A stretch of 64,000 nt of DNA from Bilabrum cf. latius (GCA_965178125.1 OZ237760.1:620001-684000), one strand, 5' to 3'. Counted from the first letter of the stretch, positions 37,901-50,649 are shown. Numbers and translations are program-made. Notes: generated by a model from the sequence alone, not told the origin.

Positions 37901-39574
37901 CTGCTGGTCTCCCGCAATCATGTTAGAGTAGACCAGCTTGGCGAGGTCCAGCGTGACCTTGAGCGATATGGGGATCATGGTGCTGTTAAGGAGGAGGAAC
38001 CTGGCCGGGATGATGAGCGGCTGGTAGCCGGGCTCATCGTCCCTGCTCGGGTACAGCAAGTACCAAGTGTCCCGGCCGTTGTTCTCTTTCCATGTGTTCC
38101 CCAGTACGCCTAGGATGGCCACCAGCACCAGCTAGAACGCAAAGATGTAGATGACGATCTCGTTGATCGCGTCATCGGTACGCGTAAACTTGGGAGCCGG
38201 GGGCTTCTTGTTCTTGCCAAACTTGGTCGCGTTGCCCACGTACACGACGAGGGCCAGGGCCCAGTCCGTGTTGCGGACGTGGGTGGCCTGCAGCAACAGG
38301 TTGCTGGCGTCCAGTCCGACCCCTTTCTCTCTCTGCCCCACGTCGGCTTTCTTCTCGTAGAGCACGCCCTCGAACTCGCCCAGGTTGTCGTCGGGGGGCT
38401 GGCAGGTCACCCCCCCCGTGAAAGAAGCGGCAGCGGCGGGGGTCTTGATGGACTTGGTGATGGGCCTGCTGAAGCGCCCCTTCAGATTGGACTCGCCGTC
38501 CAGGTTTGTCGTCTGGATGAAGCAGTCGCCGTTGGGTGCGGAGCTGGCCAGCAGGACGCAATCGCAGGGCACCTCGTCGTCTCCGTGCAGCTTGAGGATG
38601 TCGCCCACGCGCACGTCCCAGCTGGCAGTGCTAACCTCCTCTCCCCCCCGCAGCACACGCACCTGCCTGTTGTTGGCCTCGCGGTCGGACCTCCATCTGC
38701 CCAGGTCGTCCGAGGCTTCCTTAACGGCCGTGATGCCGAAAATCACTGCGAGCGAGCGAGCACGAGCGTGAAACGGGCGGCCAAGCACGGGAATGCAGGT
38801 TATGGCGCTGATGAAATACGCAGGGGAGTTGACGCTTCTATTCGACGAGCGGCGAATTTGCCAGACACGATCCGACCCGCACAAAAGTCCAAAACTACCG
38901 GAGGGGCGATGTTCGACTCCTGCAGGCCCTTTCTCACCTAAAAGCGGAATCCATGTCGTCAGTGGATCGACGGGAGTAATTTCACTGTTCAATTGCAGGA
39001 ACCCGATCAATAAAAAGTACAGATTCATTGGACGACTGCGATGGAAAAACGACGTGGTGTGCATACGGGTGGAAACAGTGGGCCAGTCGGCTGCACTGAA
39101 TTCGAATACAGGAGGGCAAACACAAGGACCGGTTACGTTGATATCAGTTCCAATGCCTTGCTAGGTCAGCTGGGAGAGCACAGCAAGCAAGCGGCAATTG
39201 GGTGCACGCACGCACCTAGCTTCAGAACATGCATCGGGCTCGCCCTGCCAGCCAGGGCTATAGTTTACTTGCAGCTCCAATTCGGCACGCAAGAGAAGCC
39301 TGCCCGCTAACGCAATCAAGCTGTGGCGCACACCATGATGAACATCCAGACCGTGCACGAGCCAAACTAGGTTTGAAGCGTCCACGACATGCTTTCGCCA
39401 AACAATACTGCATCCTCACCTGAACTACTCAATAAGATTATACAGGATGAAGTTGTACCATGTATATTTCGTGTTTGTAATGGTGTTGTCGCCATAAGGG
39501 GCATTCGACTCAGGGTCATTGGCTAGGATCCGCCTTTCGCCCTCCTCCTCGCCACCCCACGGGCACATTCCCAT
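34943..39574 (-). CDS. P4-type ATPase (phospholipid flippase, ALA2-like); 3 exons
   Basis: NTITNTKYTWYNFILYNLIE*FS|RPMNLYFL; LDGESNLK; IPISLKV; DKTGTLTQN; SPDEEA; KGAD; TGDK; CCRVTPAQKA; IGDGGNDVSMIQ. Introns at 39036-39419 and 38746-38937. TAG at 39425, 38132, 36653, 36647. Ends at TGA 34943, though the 3' end may differ (see findings). Confidence 0.93.
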
Positions 39575-39841
39575 GGTGGGAATCCAAATCGATGCGGTGG
39601 CTCAAGCTGTATGCTTATGCACGTCAGTTATAATCAGAGTCCCTTCGAATGGTGGATTAGATAGCAACGAATTGTCGGTGCAAGCGCGCGGCGATTCTAC
39701 GTATGTTGCGTGTAGTTTTGCGAGTTGCAGCGGCACGCAAGTGGTTCGGAGTTTCCATCGATTCTGCCACATGAAAGGACGCATGTTAACCGTAGCGAAC
39801 AATTTCCAGCAATTAAGCGTACTAGATATTAGTTTTGTTAC

Positions 39842-42778
39842 ATGAAGCGAAGAAATTCATCTAGAAAGCCCCGATCGAACCGACGAAATCGTCGGAATCG
39901 AACGAGGGGGTAGGATGCTCCGCCGCCCACCCCACCGCACGAGTCCGGATCTGACTACATCGCGACACTAATAGCAAGATAGCAGGCTATTGAAGGTCAG
40001 TTTGGTGGCTCGCGGTCAGGCGATGTTTACCTTGTTAGCCGCGAAAACGGCGATCATCAGAGCCGGTCGCGGTTTCTTGGTGGAGTACGCGGCGAAGCCG
40101 CCAGCGCCAGTGCAGCCACCAGTGCAGCCGCTTCCGGTGCAATTGGCAGCAGCAGCCCTTAGATTCAGGCCAGCCCGCTGGCTAGCTTTTTTGAGCAGGA
40201 CTTCATTGGCGCCGGGCAAGCAGAGGTCGGCTCCGAGCACGGCGCAGCCCCGAGCCCTGCGGCTAGGCAGCTCAGCGGTGCGGATCCGGACGGTGGGGAC
40301 AATAGCCCCAGAGTACACGGCGACACAACCACTCGAAAAGTCTAGGCATTGGCTCTAGGTGTCCCTGCCACCATGACAGAGCAGGGAACCGCCAGAGATG
40401 CGGTGGCATCAGGCGCCTCGGCTGGTGCGCCACATCATGATGCCAACGCCCCGACCACCGCCAGCGGCGGCAGTGGTAGCGTTAGCAGCACACCCACGGG
40501 TGCGCGCTCGGACACCTGTACGAAGGGCACCAAAGACTCGGAATCGATCGGACTCAGCCGCTTCGCTAGCCTGAGGCGGGCCAGCGGCCAGTTTGCAAGG
40601 GAGGCGGAGCGGACGACCGCCGCATAGGCTGCCAGCAGCGCTGCTGGAGCCATGCGTGGAGGCCGGCCCGTGGTTGGAACCGGAACCGGAATCGGGACAG
40701 GGACAGGGACAGGGACAGGGACCGGAAGCGGGGCGGCCTCGCAGCCGAGCTCGTTCACGGCGAGGCAGGACCAGTCCAGCGGTGCATCGGATTCTACGGA
40801 AACGATCCAAGTGGGCGGCAGCGGTATCACCAACGGCAAGCCGGTCGGGGCTGCGGCTGCAGGGAACACGCCTCTAGACCCAGGCAGTGCGGCTCAGAGG
40901 CTCCGACTGCCAGGAGCCCCCCGATCTCGGGCAGGTGCAGGTGCAGCAGGGGGAGGCGACGCCGCGAGCAGCGAGCTCGATCCGAACGTGGGGTGCTGTA
41001 CGCCCACTTCTCGGTCCTCAAGCGTCCTGAGCGATGAGCCGCCGATAGGCAGGGGCGAAGACGGTGTGACGAGTGCTTCCGGGGACCGCGGGGGGGCCAC
41101 CTGGGGTGTCAACGATTTTGCGTCGGAGCAGGGACCCGACCCAGCCTTCCAGCAGCCTACGCAAGGAAGCGACTTGTCTGGTCCCGGGGGCGGAGGGGGA
41201 TTTGTGCCCCAGGACCGCCAGCTATCTCCCAGTAGCATGGTACGTGCTGACAGCGCGGAGGCGCAAGCAGCCGTGGCAAAGGCGCGCGCGAGGCACCTGC
41301 GGCAGCTGGATTCGGAATCGGAATCCAGGAGGCTCCGACGGTCTACCTCTGGAGGACCGGGGAGAAGCGGTTCGATGCCTGCCACTCGGCCGGCAGCTGC
41401 TGGCAGCAGCAGCAGCAACGGGAGCGGAGGCGTTGCCGGAGATGCAGGGGGCGACTTGGACGAGGGCGAGGACGAGGATGAAGACGAAGACGAGGAGGAG
41501 CAAGAGGAGGAGGAGCAGCTTTTGAACGAGCACGGGGTGGCGGCAGTTCTCAGAGATGCCCTGGGCCCCGTGGCGCCAGAGAGCATCCCGGATGAGCTGC
41601 GACGGCAGGCCGCGCTGGGTCCTGCTCTGAACGACAGTGGTGCTGGCGGTGCGTACAGCCGGGCCGGAGGGACACCAGCATCTTCATCTTCATCTTCATC
41701 CGCCACTGGCCCTGATGGTGTGCGTGGCGCCCCTGCGGAACCACCCATGTCCGAGGACACCCGCCGGCTCATGGAGGCGTTCAGGCGCAGGCAGAACGGC
41801 GAGAGTTTGGACCGAGGTGCTGGTGCTGGTGCTGGCGCTGGTGCTGGCCTGCACCAGGCCGGCTTGTCTCACCGGAAGGGCGGGAGGAGGCAGAGGCAAA
41901 GGCACAGGGAGAGGGAGAAGGACAGGCAGTAGGGCCGCAGGCACAAGGCGGGTCCGCGCCCCTTGAGCGCTGCGCAGTAGCACACCCAGGGAACAACGGA
42001 TGACTTTGATCCGATCCGCGTGAAGGACGGCCCGGCAGCTGCGCCTCCTCGGGCGGCTGGCCGCCAGCGCAGTCTCAGCTGCGAGTGGGGCGGAGAGCCG
42101 CAGCCCATAGCGTCCGAGCAGCCCGCCATCGCGAGACAGCACCGGGGACATGGGCATGGTCATGGACACAGCCATGGTCGACAGCATCGTGGTGACGGGT
42201 TTGTTCCGAACAACCGCGACGGAGGAGGGAATCTACCCCGGGCGCGGCTCGGCCACAAGCGCCGGCGATCCATGAGCGACGATTTCGCGGGGCGGTCTTC
42301 TGTTGCCCCTTCCTCTCTGGCAGATTTGGGACCAGATGCAGGAGACAGACGCGGGAGCATGCAAATGCAAGTCCAAGCGCACCATCCCCCACCGACTCGC
42401 GGATAGCACTATCTGCAGCACCAGCAGCACCAGCAGCGCCAGCACTCGCGCCCTTTGGGCCGCCAGGGAAGCGACAGGTCTGTGAGATCTGCCGGCAGCA
42501 ACGCCTCCCACGGGTCAAGGGGTGGCGTTGCGGACGCAGGCGCAAGTGGAGACGGCCGCGGTGAGTCTGGCAGAGGCACTGGCAGAGGTAGGGCCAGCAG
42601 CAGGGGCAGGGGCAGCAGAGGTCGTGGCCGAGGCCGAGACCGAAGCGGCCTCATGAGGGGCTCCCTGCCACGGCCCGGTCCGTCCCGGCATGGCTAGCAG
42701 ACTGGAGAGCGGCCTGCGAAGCGAGCTCGCACGGATGGAGCAAGCGCACGGCTACGGGTGGAGCTGGCACCCGGGTGA
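39842..42778 (+). CDS. Low-complexity Gly/Ser/Ala/Arg-rich hypothetical protein, ~978 aa
   Basis: One frame from ATG 39842 (basic N-terminus MKRRNSSRKPRSNRRNRR) to TGA 42776-42778 with 9 TAG and no TAA/TGA. Acidic run and G-T repeats; no domain recognised. Confidence 0.6.
40676..40727 (+). repeat. Hexamer tandem repeat (GGAACC/GGGACA) encoding (Gly-Thr)n
   Basis: ggaaccggaaccggaatcgggacagggacagggacagggacagggaccgga, within the 39842-42778 ORF. Confidence 0.75.
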
Positions 42779-43070
42779 ACGGCTGCGTGGCCATATCGGT
42801 GCCGCACAACACGCCTGGGGTGGCCCCGCTTTCACATCCAACTCGAGCCGAGCGTGAAGGTGCTCTGTATCTGTAGTGCGATAGTACGTGTTTGTGGCAG
42901 CCACTGGCATGCGGCACGTGTTTCTTGCCAGCAGTATTCGGATTGTGGTAACTCGATTGTGCCAACGATCTGTCCTGTTCAATTCAACCGCCTGGGGGCT
43001 AGACTAGTCAGGCAGCCTGCCTTGCCTGGCGCAGGCCAACATACGGCCAGCCACCCGCACCCACCCCAAC

Positions 43071-44906
43071 TCACTGCCTGCCGCCCTGCACCTCCTGCCC
43101 GGCTGCAGCACCCTCGGAGCCGCCGCCGAGCACGAGCCCGACCTCCTGAAGAGCCTCCGTGTCCTGCGTGACCCTCGCCACCACGCACGCCTGCAGCTCG
43201 TCGAACTGCTCCCGCTCCCGCTCCCTCCCCTCCCGCAGCTCGGCCGAAGCGCTCGCCCCTGCGCCCAGCCTGTCACTGAGGTCGGCGTTCTTCTTGAACT
43301 CGGTCTCGAATGCGCTCGCCTGCGAGGGGCAGACCACCTGTCCGGAGCACATCATCAGCGCAAGGTGCGCCGTCGCCCTCTCCTCCTCCGTGGAGGCGCT
43401 CGCAAGCCGCTTCTTGATCACGCTGCAGCGCTTGTCAAGGCCCTCCAGGCGGGCGGCCGCGGCGCGCTGGGCCTCCGTGAGCTTTTTCTTGGCCGCGGCT
43501 GCGGCCTCTGCGGCTCGCCGAGTGACGCCAGCGGAGGGTGCCGCCTGTTCCGCAGCCCGGGCGGCCTGCTCCGCCTTGTTGGCCCCGTGGGTCTCCCCCC
43601 CCTGGTCCAGGGCAGCCTTGACCTCTGCAGGGACCTGGGAGGGGTCGATCCCAGAGGAGTGGAAGACGAAGGCGGGTCTGCGGAGGGCTGCAAGCATCCT
43701 CTCCGAGAAGCGCGCGATCCGGTCCATGGCGGCAGAGGGCGAGTCCACGGCGGGCCGCACGTCCACCCAGATCGAGTCGAGGCTGCCGGTCCCATCCGCC
43801 CCAGCGTTGGGGTTCGGCTGCCCCTCATCCACAGAGTAGTAGTCAATGATGTACCTGACTTCCTTGCCGTCACCCCTGTCCACGTACCAGTCGTGCCTAT
43901 CAAAGGGGAACCCCCAGCCGAGCATGCTCTTGAGCTTGGCCTTGATCGAGAGGTCGTACGGACGTCCGCGGAACCGGCGCAGCTTGGGGCAGCCTGGCTT
44001 GTGTTCGCTGCGAGAGCAAGGATGCAGAGGTGAATGATGCAAAACATGAGCACATACGGCGGATGGATCACATGCAATACAGGGATGCCGCACTGTTGGG
44101 GGCGGCGCGCTACCAGGCGACACAGAGGCCAGCCCATCAGCACCGATCAGCCCGAGCACTGCGCAACGTCCGCAAGAATCCAGCCGGACAAGCAAAGCAA
44201 AACAAATGATTCCAAGCAGAAAATGCAATGCAATAGACCAGTCTCACGCTCCGTGCAGCTTCTCCCAGTCAAGGAGACGCTTCCACGTCAGCTCGTTCAT
44301 GCCATTGTGAATCGCCACTACCACGTCCATGTCGCTGGCTGTCACGTCATGCGCCTTGTTCTTCCTAACTAAAGCATTGTAGAACATCTGTGGGGACGGG
44401 TATGTCCAAGTTTCCTTCTCCGTGCCGCCCTTTGGGATGGAAGACCTCACTCGCTCGGTAGACAGAGGAGCGTCCTGACCAGGGGCAGGCTTCTGCGTGT
44501 CGAGCCCCTTCGGCATCATGTTATCAGGGTTGATCTCCTAGGAATAAACATTGTAAACCTTCCCTTTGGCCGCCGAGTTTTCTGCCTTAGGCTGGGTGGA
44601 CGGCTGCGAAACCTGCTCCTGGCTCGCCGTTCCCCGCTAGGGCAGCGTGGGATGGCCAGCCGGCAGGCTTGAGGCGGATGCCATAGCCTGGTCCGGAGAC
44701 TCTTTACCTTTGTCGTGGTACGGGCACTGGCCTGCCCCGGAGCGCATCATATCCGCCAGGCCAGGGATGCTCTTGGCTGACTTGCCGCTGTGATCAACAG
44801 GGCAAGACCCAGCTTTGGGTGCCTCTCCGTGATTAACTGGGCACCCTTTGGCCTGCGAACCGCCATCACCATCACATCGTGACATCGAGTTCGGGACATT
44901 CCCCAT
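43071..44906 (-). CDS. HCCS: Holocytochrome c synthase (cytochrome c heme lyase) with a C-terminal extension; 2 exons
   Basis: CPV heme-regulatory motifs (GCPVNH, SCPVDH); YNVYS*EINPDNMMP; LSTERVRSSIPK; WTYPSPQMFYNAL.RK; IHNGMNE..W; FRGRP..LS.KA; PFDRHDWYVDR; VRYIIDYY; VDVRPAVDS. Intron 44008-44247; TAG at 44637 and 44538; TGA 43071. Confidence 0.93.
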
Positions 44907-45061
44907 TACTTACGAATCACAACTGTGCCGGGGCGAGGAAGTCCAGATTGACGGAATCAGGATAATAACAATTACACGCAACATTAATGAGTGCGCGGCG
45001 CCCATTGTTCCGTAATTGTCTGGTTCGACCAAACAGCCGTCTATTTGGCTCGAATCAAACC

Positions 45062-46094
45062 ATGAAATTGCTTGCTATCGTTGTATTGCTCGTTACAAGT
45101 ACTACGTTTTCCCTTGGCCAGACAGAATAGACGCCAAACAACGCGTTCTGCTCCTGGATCGCCTCGCACCTGCCATCTGAGTGTAGCTTGTATTCCGACT
45201 GTTTGGGGATTGGATGCAGCGTCGACCTGTGGCATGTGGATACAATTGGATTTGGAGCTGGTCTCCGGCTTTGTGGCAACCCGGTAAGGTAATAAATGAG
45301 TTTGGCACGCGGAGATGGTGCGCGGGTCTGAGGCTGGGAGACCCATGCAAACACCCGGCCCGCGCACCTTCCGTAGCTTTACACAAACAATTGAACTGCA
45401 TCCTGTATGCAGACGCCAATGCCTCGGAGAAATAAGTGCAGACTTTCCACCAGCAATCAAACCAGTAGCTCCCCTCCCTTCTGCCTCGCAGATTGTCGCG
45501 GACGTGCACGTGAACGAGTCTAGGCTTGGGCTTCACTGGAGCTGCGGCATCTCTGGCTCTGCAAACATCCCGGTGCCAGGGCTGAGCGTCGAAGTGCCTG
45601 ACTTTGGGACCGTGGGAGTGGCGCTCGTGGCTTCTGTCGGCACGCAGGGCTCGAACGTGGTCATTGATTTGGGACTCACGGGGTGCGTCGGTGCGCAGCC
45701 TGAGGGCGAGCGGGACCTGATCGAAATGGAGCAGATCGGGGCTGCGCTGCGGGGCAGCAGCAGCGGTAGCAGCTCCTCCCCGTCCTCCTCCTCTGCTTCA
45801 GTCGAGAATCCCGAATCGATGGGAGGGTGTCTGCAGACTCGGGATGGTAGCCAGGAGGAGTGGGGTAGGAGGGTGCAGTCACTGGGGTGGTATGGGGAGT
45901 CGCAGGCGCAGTCCCTCTCCCGGGGTCGCGACGGAGCAGCTGCTCGGGAGGAGCGAGCACCTGCTTCGGTTGGGCAGAGCGAGTCGCGTCTTGACAATGG
46001 AACCGCGGGTGAAGGCAGTCCCAACAAGTGCCTGCCAACCCTGCACGTCCTGCAGCTGGACATTCCTGCCAGCGTGCTGCCCTGCAGCCTGTGA
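45062..46094 (+). CDS. Secreted Cys-containing hypothetical protein; 2 exons
   Basis: ATG 45062 gives signal peptide MKLLAIVVLLVTSTTFSLG, then TE*TPNNAFCSW...C..C..C..CGNP. Intron 45284-45491 (GTAAGG..CTCGCAG) joins in frame to the ORF ending at TGA 46094. Confidence 0.7.
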
Positions 46095-46346
46095 CGATCC
46101 GGAATCCGGAGTCCGGATGGGCTGCCATCTCCGCGCGGCTTGGTGCCATCGAAAGAATTGCAGCAAGTCTAGCAATCGGATTGCCTTGGACATGAACGGT
46201 ATGAACGTAGACTGTAGACCAAGCACGGATTCGTGCACAAGCGGCAAATCTAGCTCATCAGTTCGATTGTCCGCCGCAGAGGTTCACGAACCTTCGATCC
46301 TCGGCTTCAGGTCTGCAAAAGTTAATCATTGCCTGTTACTGTGTCC

Positions 46347-46950
46347 ATGGCGGCAGCAGGAGCCGCGGTTCCATCCGAACCGTTTATTAAGATTATAACG
46401 TAAGCTAGCTGATGTTTGTTGCCTTTCATCAAGGTCACAAAATCGGCCTGCCTACTGCCAGACGTTGCGTTCCGGTTTCGAGATATTCACAATTTGCAGG
46501 GGTGACGGCCACACATTCCACGTCGAACGGAAGTGTGCTTTTGTGTCTAGCACAATTCGAACCATGATGACCGGTAAGAGACTGGTTTATGCTGTGTTCC
46601 AGGCTTTTTCTTGCCACATGAATCCATTCAACCCATGCACGAGTTGTATTTCGCATCGGCTTGCAGGGGAAATGGCTGAGGCCCGAGAAAATGTCGCTAG
46701 ATTTCCTGAGATTGACGGCCAAGTCATGGAGCGAGTAATTCAGTACATGCATTACAAGGTGAGTACTTGCTCAGCAGGATTGCCCGAACGAACATCTCGC
46801 ATCCGAAGATTGTGCTGCTGCATGTTTCGCACCACATCTCTCGAATCGCAGGTTAAGTATAGCAACAGCAGGACTCCACCACCGGACTTTCGCATCGCCC
46901 CAGAGATCGCGTTGGATTTGTTGATGGCTGCCAACTACTTGGGGTGCTGA
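46347..46950 (+). CDS. ELOC: Elongin C; 4 exons
   Basis: [46 protein letters not shown]...[13 protein letters not shown]...[22 protein letters not shown] then TGA. Introns at 46400-46499, 46574-46666 and 46759-46851. No TAG codons. Confidence 0.95.
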
Positions 46951-47319
46951 CTAGGCCGCGAGGAATTCGCGTAGTTTGTCGTGTGGCTGATATGCTAACA
47001 CAGGAAATGCTATCACAAAAATCTCCGTTCCTATAGTGCTACCAGGTTCGATCTGCTGCAGCCCAACACCCCACCGACTCCGGTCCAACGCAAACCATCA
47101 CATCCCGCGCACTCGTGCTCGGACCCCATTGTCAGTGGCCTGTGGTCGTCACTGTGCACGCCATGGTGCTGTCCATGGTGTTGTCCACTGGTCGAATGAG
47201 CCAGACTACCAGCAATGCAATGGACGCGTCCGTCTATCGAGCATCGACACATGTTCGAGTGGGCGCATGACAACTGGCCCCCCTAGGCACGACTTCAAGC
47301 AAAGCAGAATAGCACCCCA

Positions 47320-47820
47320 TCACTTCTGCTGCTTCATGAAATGCACAATACCAGCTCCCACCAGGCCCCCAACGACTGCAGCGATACCGCACTGGACAGC
47401 CATTTGTGCGAGATCTGTCTTCGCTGCTCTAGGGGCTTCAAAATCCACAGCAAACTTGTCCGAGCAGATCGCCCCGATGGCTTTCTTGATATCGCAATGG
47501 ACAGGGTCGGCCTAGTATTCCTCAAGCGCCTTCTTGCTGGCCACTCGAACGCTGAGGCCGATGTCGTACTTGCCTGTGCTCACTGGATGGAAGTTGTTTC
47601 CGACGCTTACCTCCTCTACGGTGGGTACAGTCTCTACCATACTAGCAACTGCGCAAAGTACCATAGGCAACTATGACTTGAATATGCTGTTTCCGAGCCT
47701 GTCAGTGAATCAAACTGCGTATCAATAACCAGTCACTGTCTTACGGTCTCCCATGACCTTCTCGATCGTGTTTGCACTGGTTCCCTCCTTCCATTTAAAC
47801 AAAACAATGTGCTCAACCAT
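47320..47820 (-). CDS. Stress-responsive A/B barrel (Dabb) protein with a C-terminal transmembrane tail; 2 exons
   Basis: MVEHIVLFKWKEG...D|LASMVETVPTVEEVSVGNNF...YDIGLSVRVASKKALEEY*ADPVH...FAVDF, then a hydrophobic tail and TGA 47320. Intron 47649-47744; TAG 47512. Confidence 0.85.
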
Positions 47821-47966
47821 TGCGCCGCGGGTGTTGAGAATGGAATGGGCCCGTGTCTTGGATCCAATGGCGACAATTAAGTGCATCATCTTCGTAAATT
47901 GTCGCACCGAGTAATTGAGTAGACACTAATACTCTAGTTAAGCATGCGCCACACAAAGTCCAAGCA

Positions 47967-50465
47967 TCACCCATTCACTCCGATTTGCTCCCGAATGGCC
48001 TCGTCCAGCACTCGCACGCACTCCAAGTGGCCACCCATGCAAGCCGCCTCCATCGCTGACACCTCCTTCGTCACACCGCCCGCTTCCACGAGCCCTTTCT
48101 TCCACAGCCCGCCGCCCAGCCTGCCCAGCCGCAGCCGCTTCCCCAGCTCCAGCGGCCTCCCGTCTCTCGCGCTCCGGAATATCAGCTCCGAGTCCCTCTT
48201 CACCCCCACAGCCCTCCTCCACATCAGGAGGGCGCCCCCCCTCCTCTTGCTATCGATCCGGAGCGCCCGCTCGCACAGCCGCGCCGGCCCCGCCCACTCG
48301 CTCTCCGGTCCTTCTGCCTGTGCATTCACTCGGACCCTTGCCACCGCATCCATTGCCTCGACCAGCCCTGTCCCGGACCAAGCGGCAGGGAGCAGGTACC
48401 CGCGCGTGCGGTAGAGGACCGGCTGCCCGCCGACCTTTACTTCCCTCAACTTCCCATCGGGCCCTCGCTCAGGCTCCCTCATCCCATCCAGCACTGCACC
48501 CGCGATGGCAAAGGCGTCACCAGGGCACCCGATCGACTGCCTCAGCGCCCGAGCAGCGTACTGGCACACCTGCCTGGCATCCAGCTGCTTGCTGAAGGGC
48601 CCCGCGAGCATTCGCAGAGCGCACGTTGCCCTGTCTGGGCGCGGGTCCTGCTTCAGCCACTGCCTCACGATGTCGGTGCGGTCGTCGTCGCAGACCTGGA
48701 ACAGCTCAGGGAGAGCATCATCGTGCGCACGTTGGTTTGGGGTCGCGACAAGTACATGCACTAGCCCCGGGGCATGGGATCGAACGGCGTCTCGCAGCAT
48801 TGGCACGTAAGGCTGCAGTGCAGCAGCCAGGTCTAGTCCATCCAACTAGAATCGAACGCTGGGCTAGCATACAATCGACTGCAGCCCGGCACAGCCCACC
48901 ACAATGTCTCTCAGCTGCACCCAATCGCTCGATGGCTCTGCCACTTCAACTTCTATGTGTCGCAAGCTCGGTCTGTTCGTCAGCGCTCTAACTGCCTGCC
49001 TGCTGCTGTACGGGAACATCGCTCCTTGTCCTTGCTGTGGGTCTGGTGGGAGCACACTGTCCGCGTCCAGCTTCACTCGACTGCCGCCAATCACTTCAAG
49101 AGACCGATTCTGTTCCAGCATATCGCACAGTAGCCGCTGATTTGCATCGATTCCTGCGACGTACACCTCTCGGATGGATGCGTTCTGCTGCAGTCCTGCG
49201 ATCAAGTACGAGGGCGAGCCCACGAACGTGCCTTCCAGAAGCAGCGATTCGACGGTGGTATTGCCCGACAAGCCCTCCCCAAGCAATCTCGTGGACTCGG
49301 AGTCGAATCTACAGCGCCAGAGTTCCAAGTGATTTAGTCTGTTTTCCTGATGGAGCGCGAGAGCTAATGCTGCCATCAACGCGGGCGACAGAACCACGCA
49401 TTCGAGGACGAAAGCTGTGAGGCTGCAGTTGGGCAGGGCCAAGCCCCCCAGCAAGCACTGCATGGCATCAGTCCCAACGAATTGGCTAAAATCATTGATA
49501 CGCAGCTCGAGCAGCTTGGTGCACGGCCTGCGATCTCCTGCAGAGTCTCCTCCCCCTAGCAGCCTCACGAGCTGGTCTGCTCCAGCGGCTGTCAGTGTCA
49601 AGTCGTTCAGGCGTAGCTTCTTGATTCTACCGCAGGGATTTCCTAGGATGCTATCACAGAGAGCTTGCCAGAAAGCTGCGGATCCGAAGATCTCGGCCAG
49701 CTGAAGGCTGAGCTCTTCGATTCCGGTATGCTCCCGGAGAGTCCTGATAAAGTCATCATGAGCTGCCAGTGAACGCTCAGATCTTATCGGGGGATGACAA
49801 ACAATCGACCGTATGCTTGGCCTTTCTCGCACTGCTTTCCAGAACTTGCAATACTCGGCGTCATCGTTCTTGCCCTTGACTGCGACAGAAGCGATTCTAT
49901 TGCACGTGGCTAGTACGCCGGAAAGGGAGCCCCAGGCACTCTGGTTTCCCCGGTAGTGCAACGAAACCAATCCAGGCCTACACTTGAATTGGTCAACGTA
50001 TGTAGACCCAAAATGACCCCCCCTTCCTGGACGAAAGTGAACAGATTCTAATTGTCGGCACTCTGATAAGGCAGCTACCAGCCGTAGGTCAACGTTGCGC
50101 TGAAGAAGTGGACCCGACGGCAAGGTGAGCTCAACCAAACTTTGAGCGTTGTTGTTCAGCAGTGTGGATGCTACGTGAGCCCACGAATTTGCACCAAACC
50201 CATAGTAGGCCTAATGCAACGGAATACTGATATCAACACAGCTCAGCTACTTAATACGCGATGCTGCGTACTAAAACTCCTGCAGAGATATAACTCCCAC
50301 AACTTGTACCGAAATTTCCTGCAAGGCGCTGAGATGTCGCATGGCCTCGACGAAATCGCTTCGTGATAACAAATGAGAGTCGATGGTGAGGCTTGCAGAG
50401 CGCGCTAGCGGTCCAACTCTTTGGGAAATGGCAAATAAGTCACACTCACTTCTTGGCCAATCCAT
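47967..50465 (-). CDS. RNI-like leucine-rich repeat protein, ~832 aa
   Basis: LxxLxL-type repeats (IEELSL, IKKLRLNDLTL, LNHLELWRCRF, GLSGNTTVESLLL, LQQNASIREV, LEQNRSLEVI). ORFs are joined in frame by 5 TAG; ATG 50465; TGA 47967. Confidence 0.7.
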
Positions 50466-50649
50466 GAGTACTGCTTTCCTTCGGTCAAACAGCTACATTG
50501 CGTCTTGGGGAATGCAGGCAGCAGTTTGCCCCCCGAAACCGGAACCAAAACCGGAATTCAACAAATGGACAAGGGTTCCTCATCTGAGTCCGGGTTTTGT
50601 TACGATGTAGTGAGTGCAGCCTCGTACTTACGGCCCGAAGCCACAAGCA

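Noticed and set aside
47161-47190. Short direct repeat ccatggtgctgt/ccatggtgttgt between the convergent ELOC and Dabb genes
   Set aside because: Only two to three imperfect 12-bp units, consistent with ordinary slippage in a 3' UTR.
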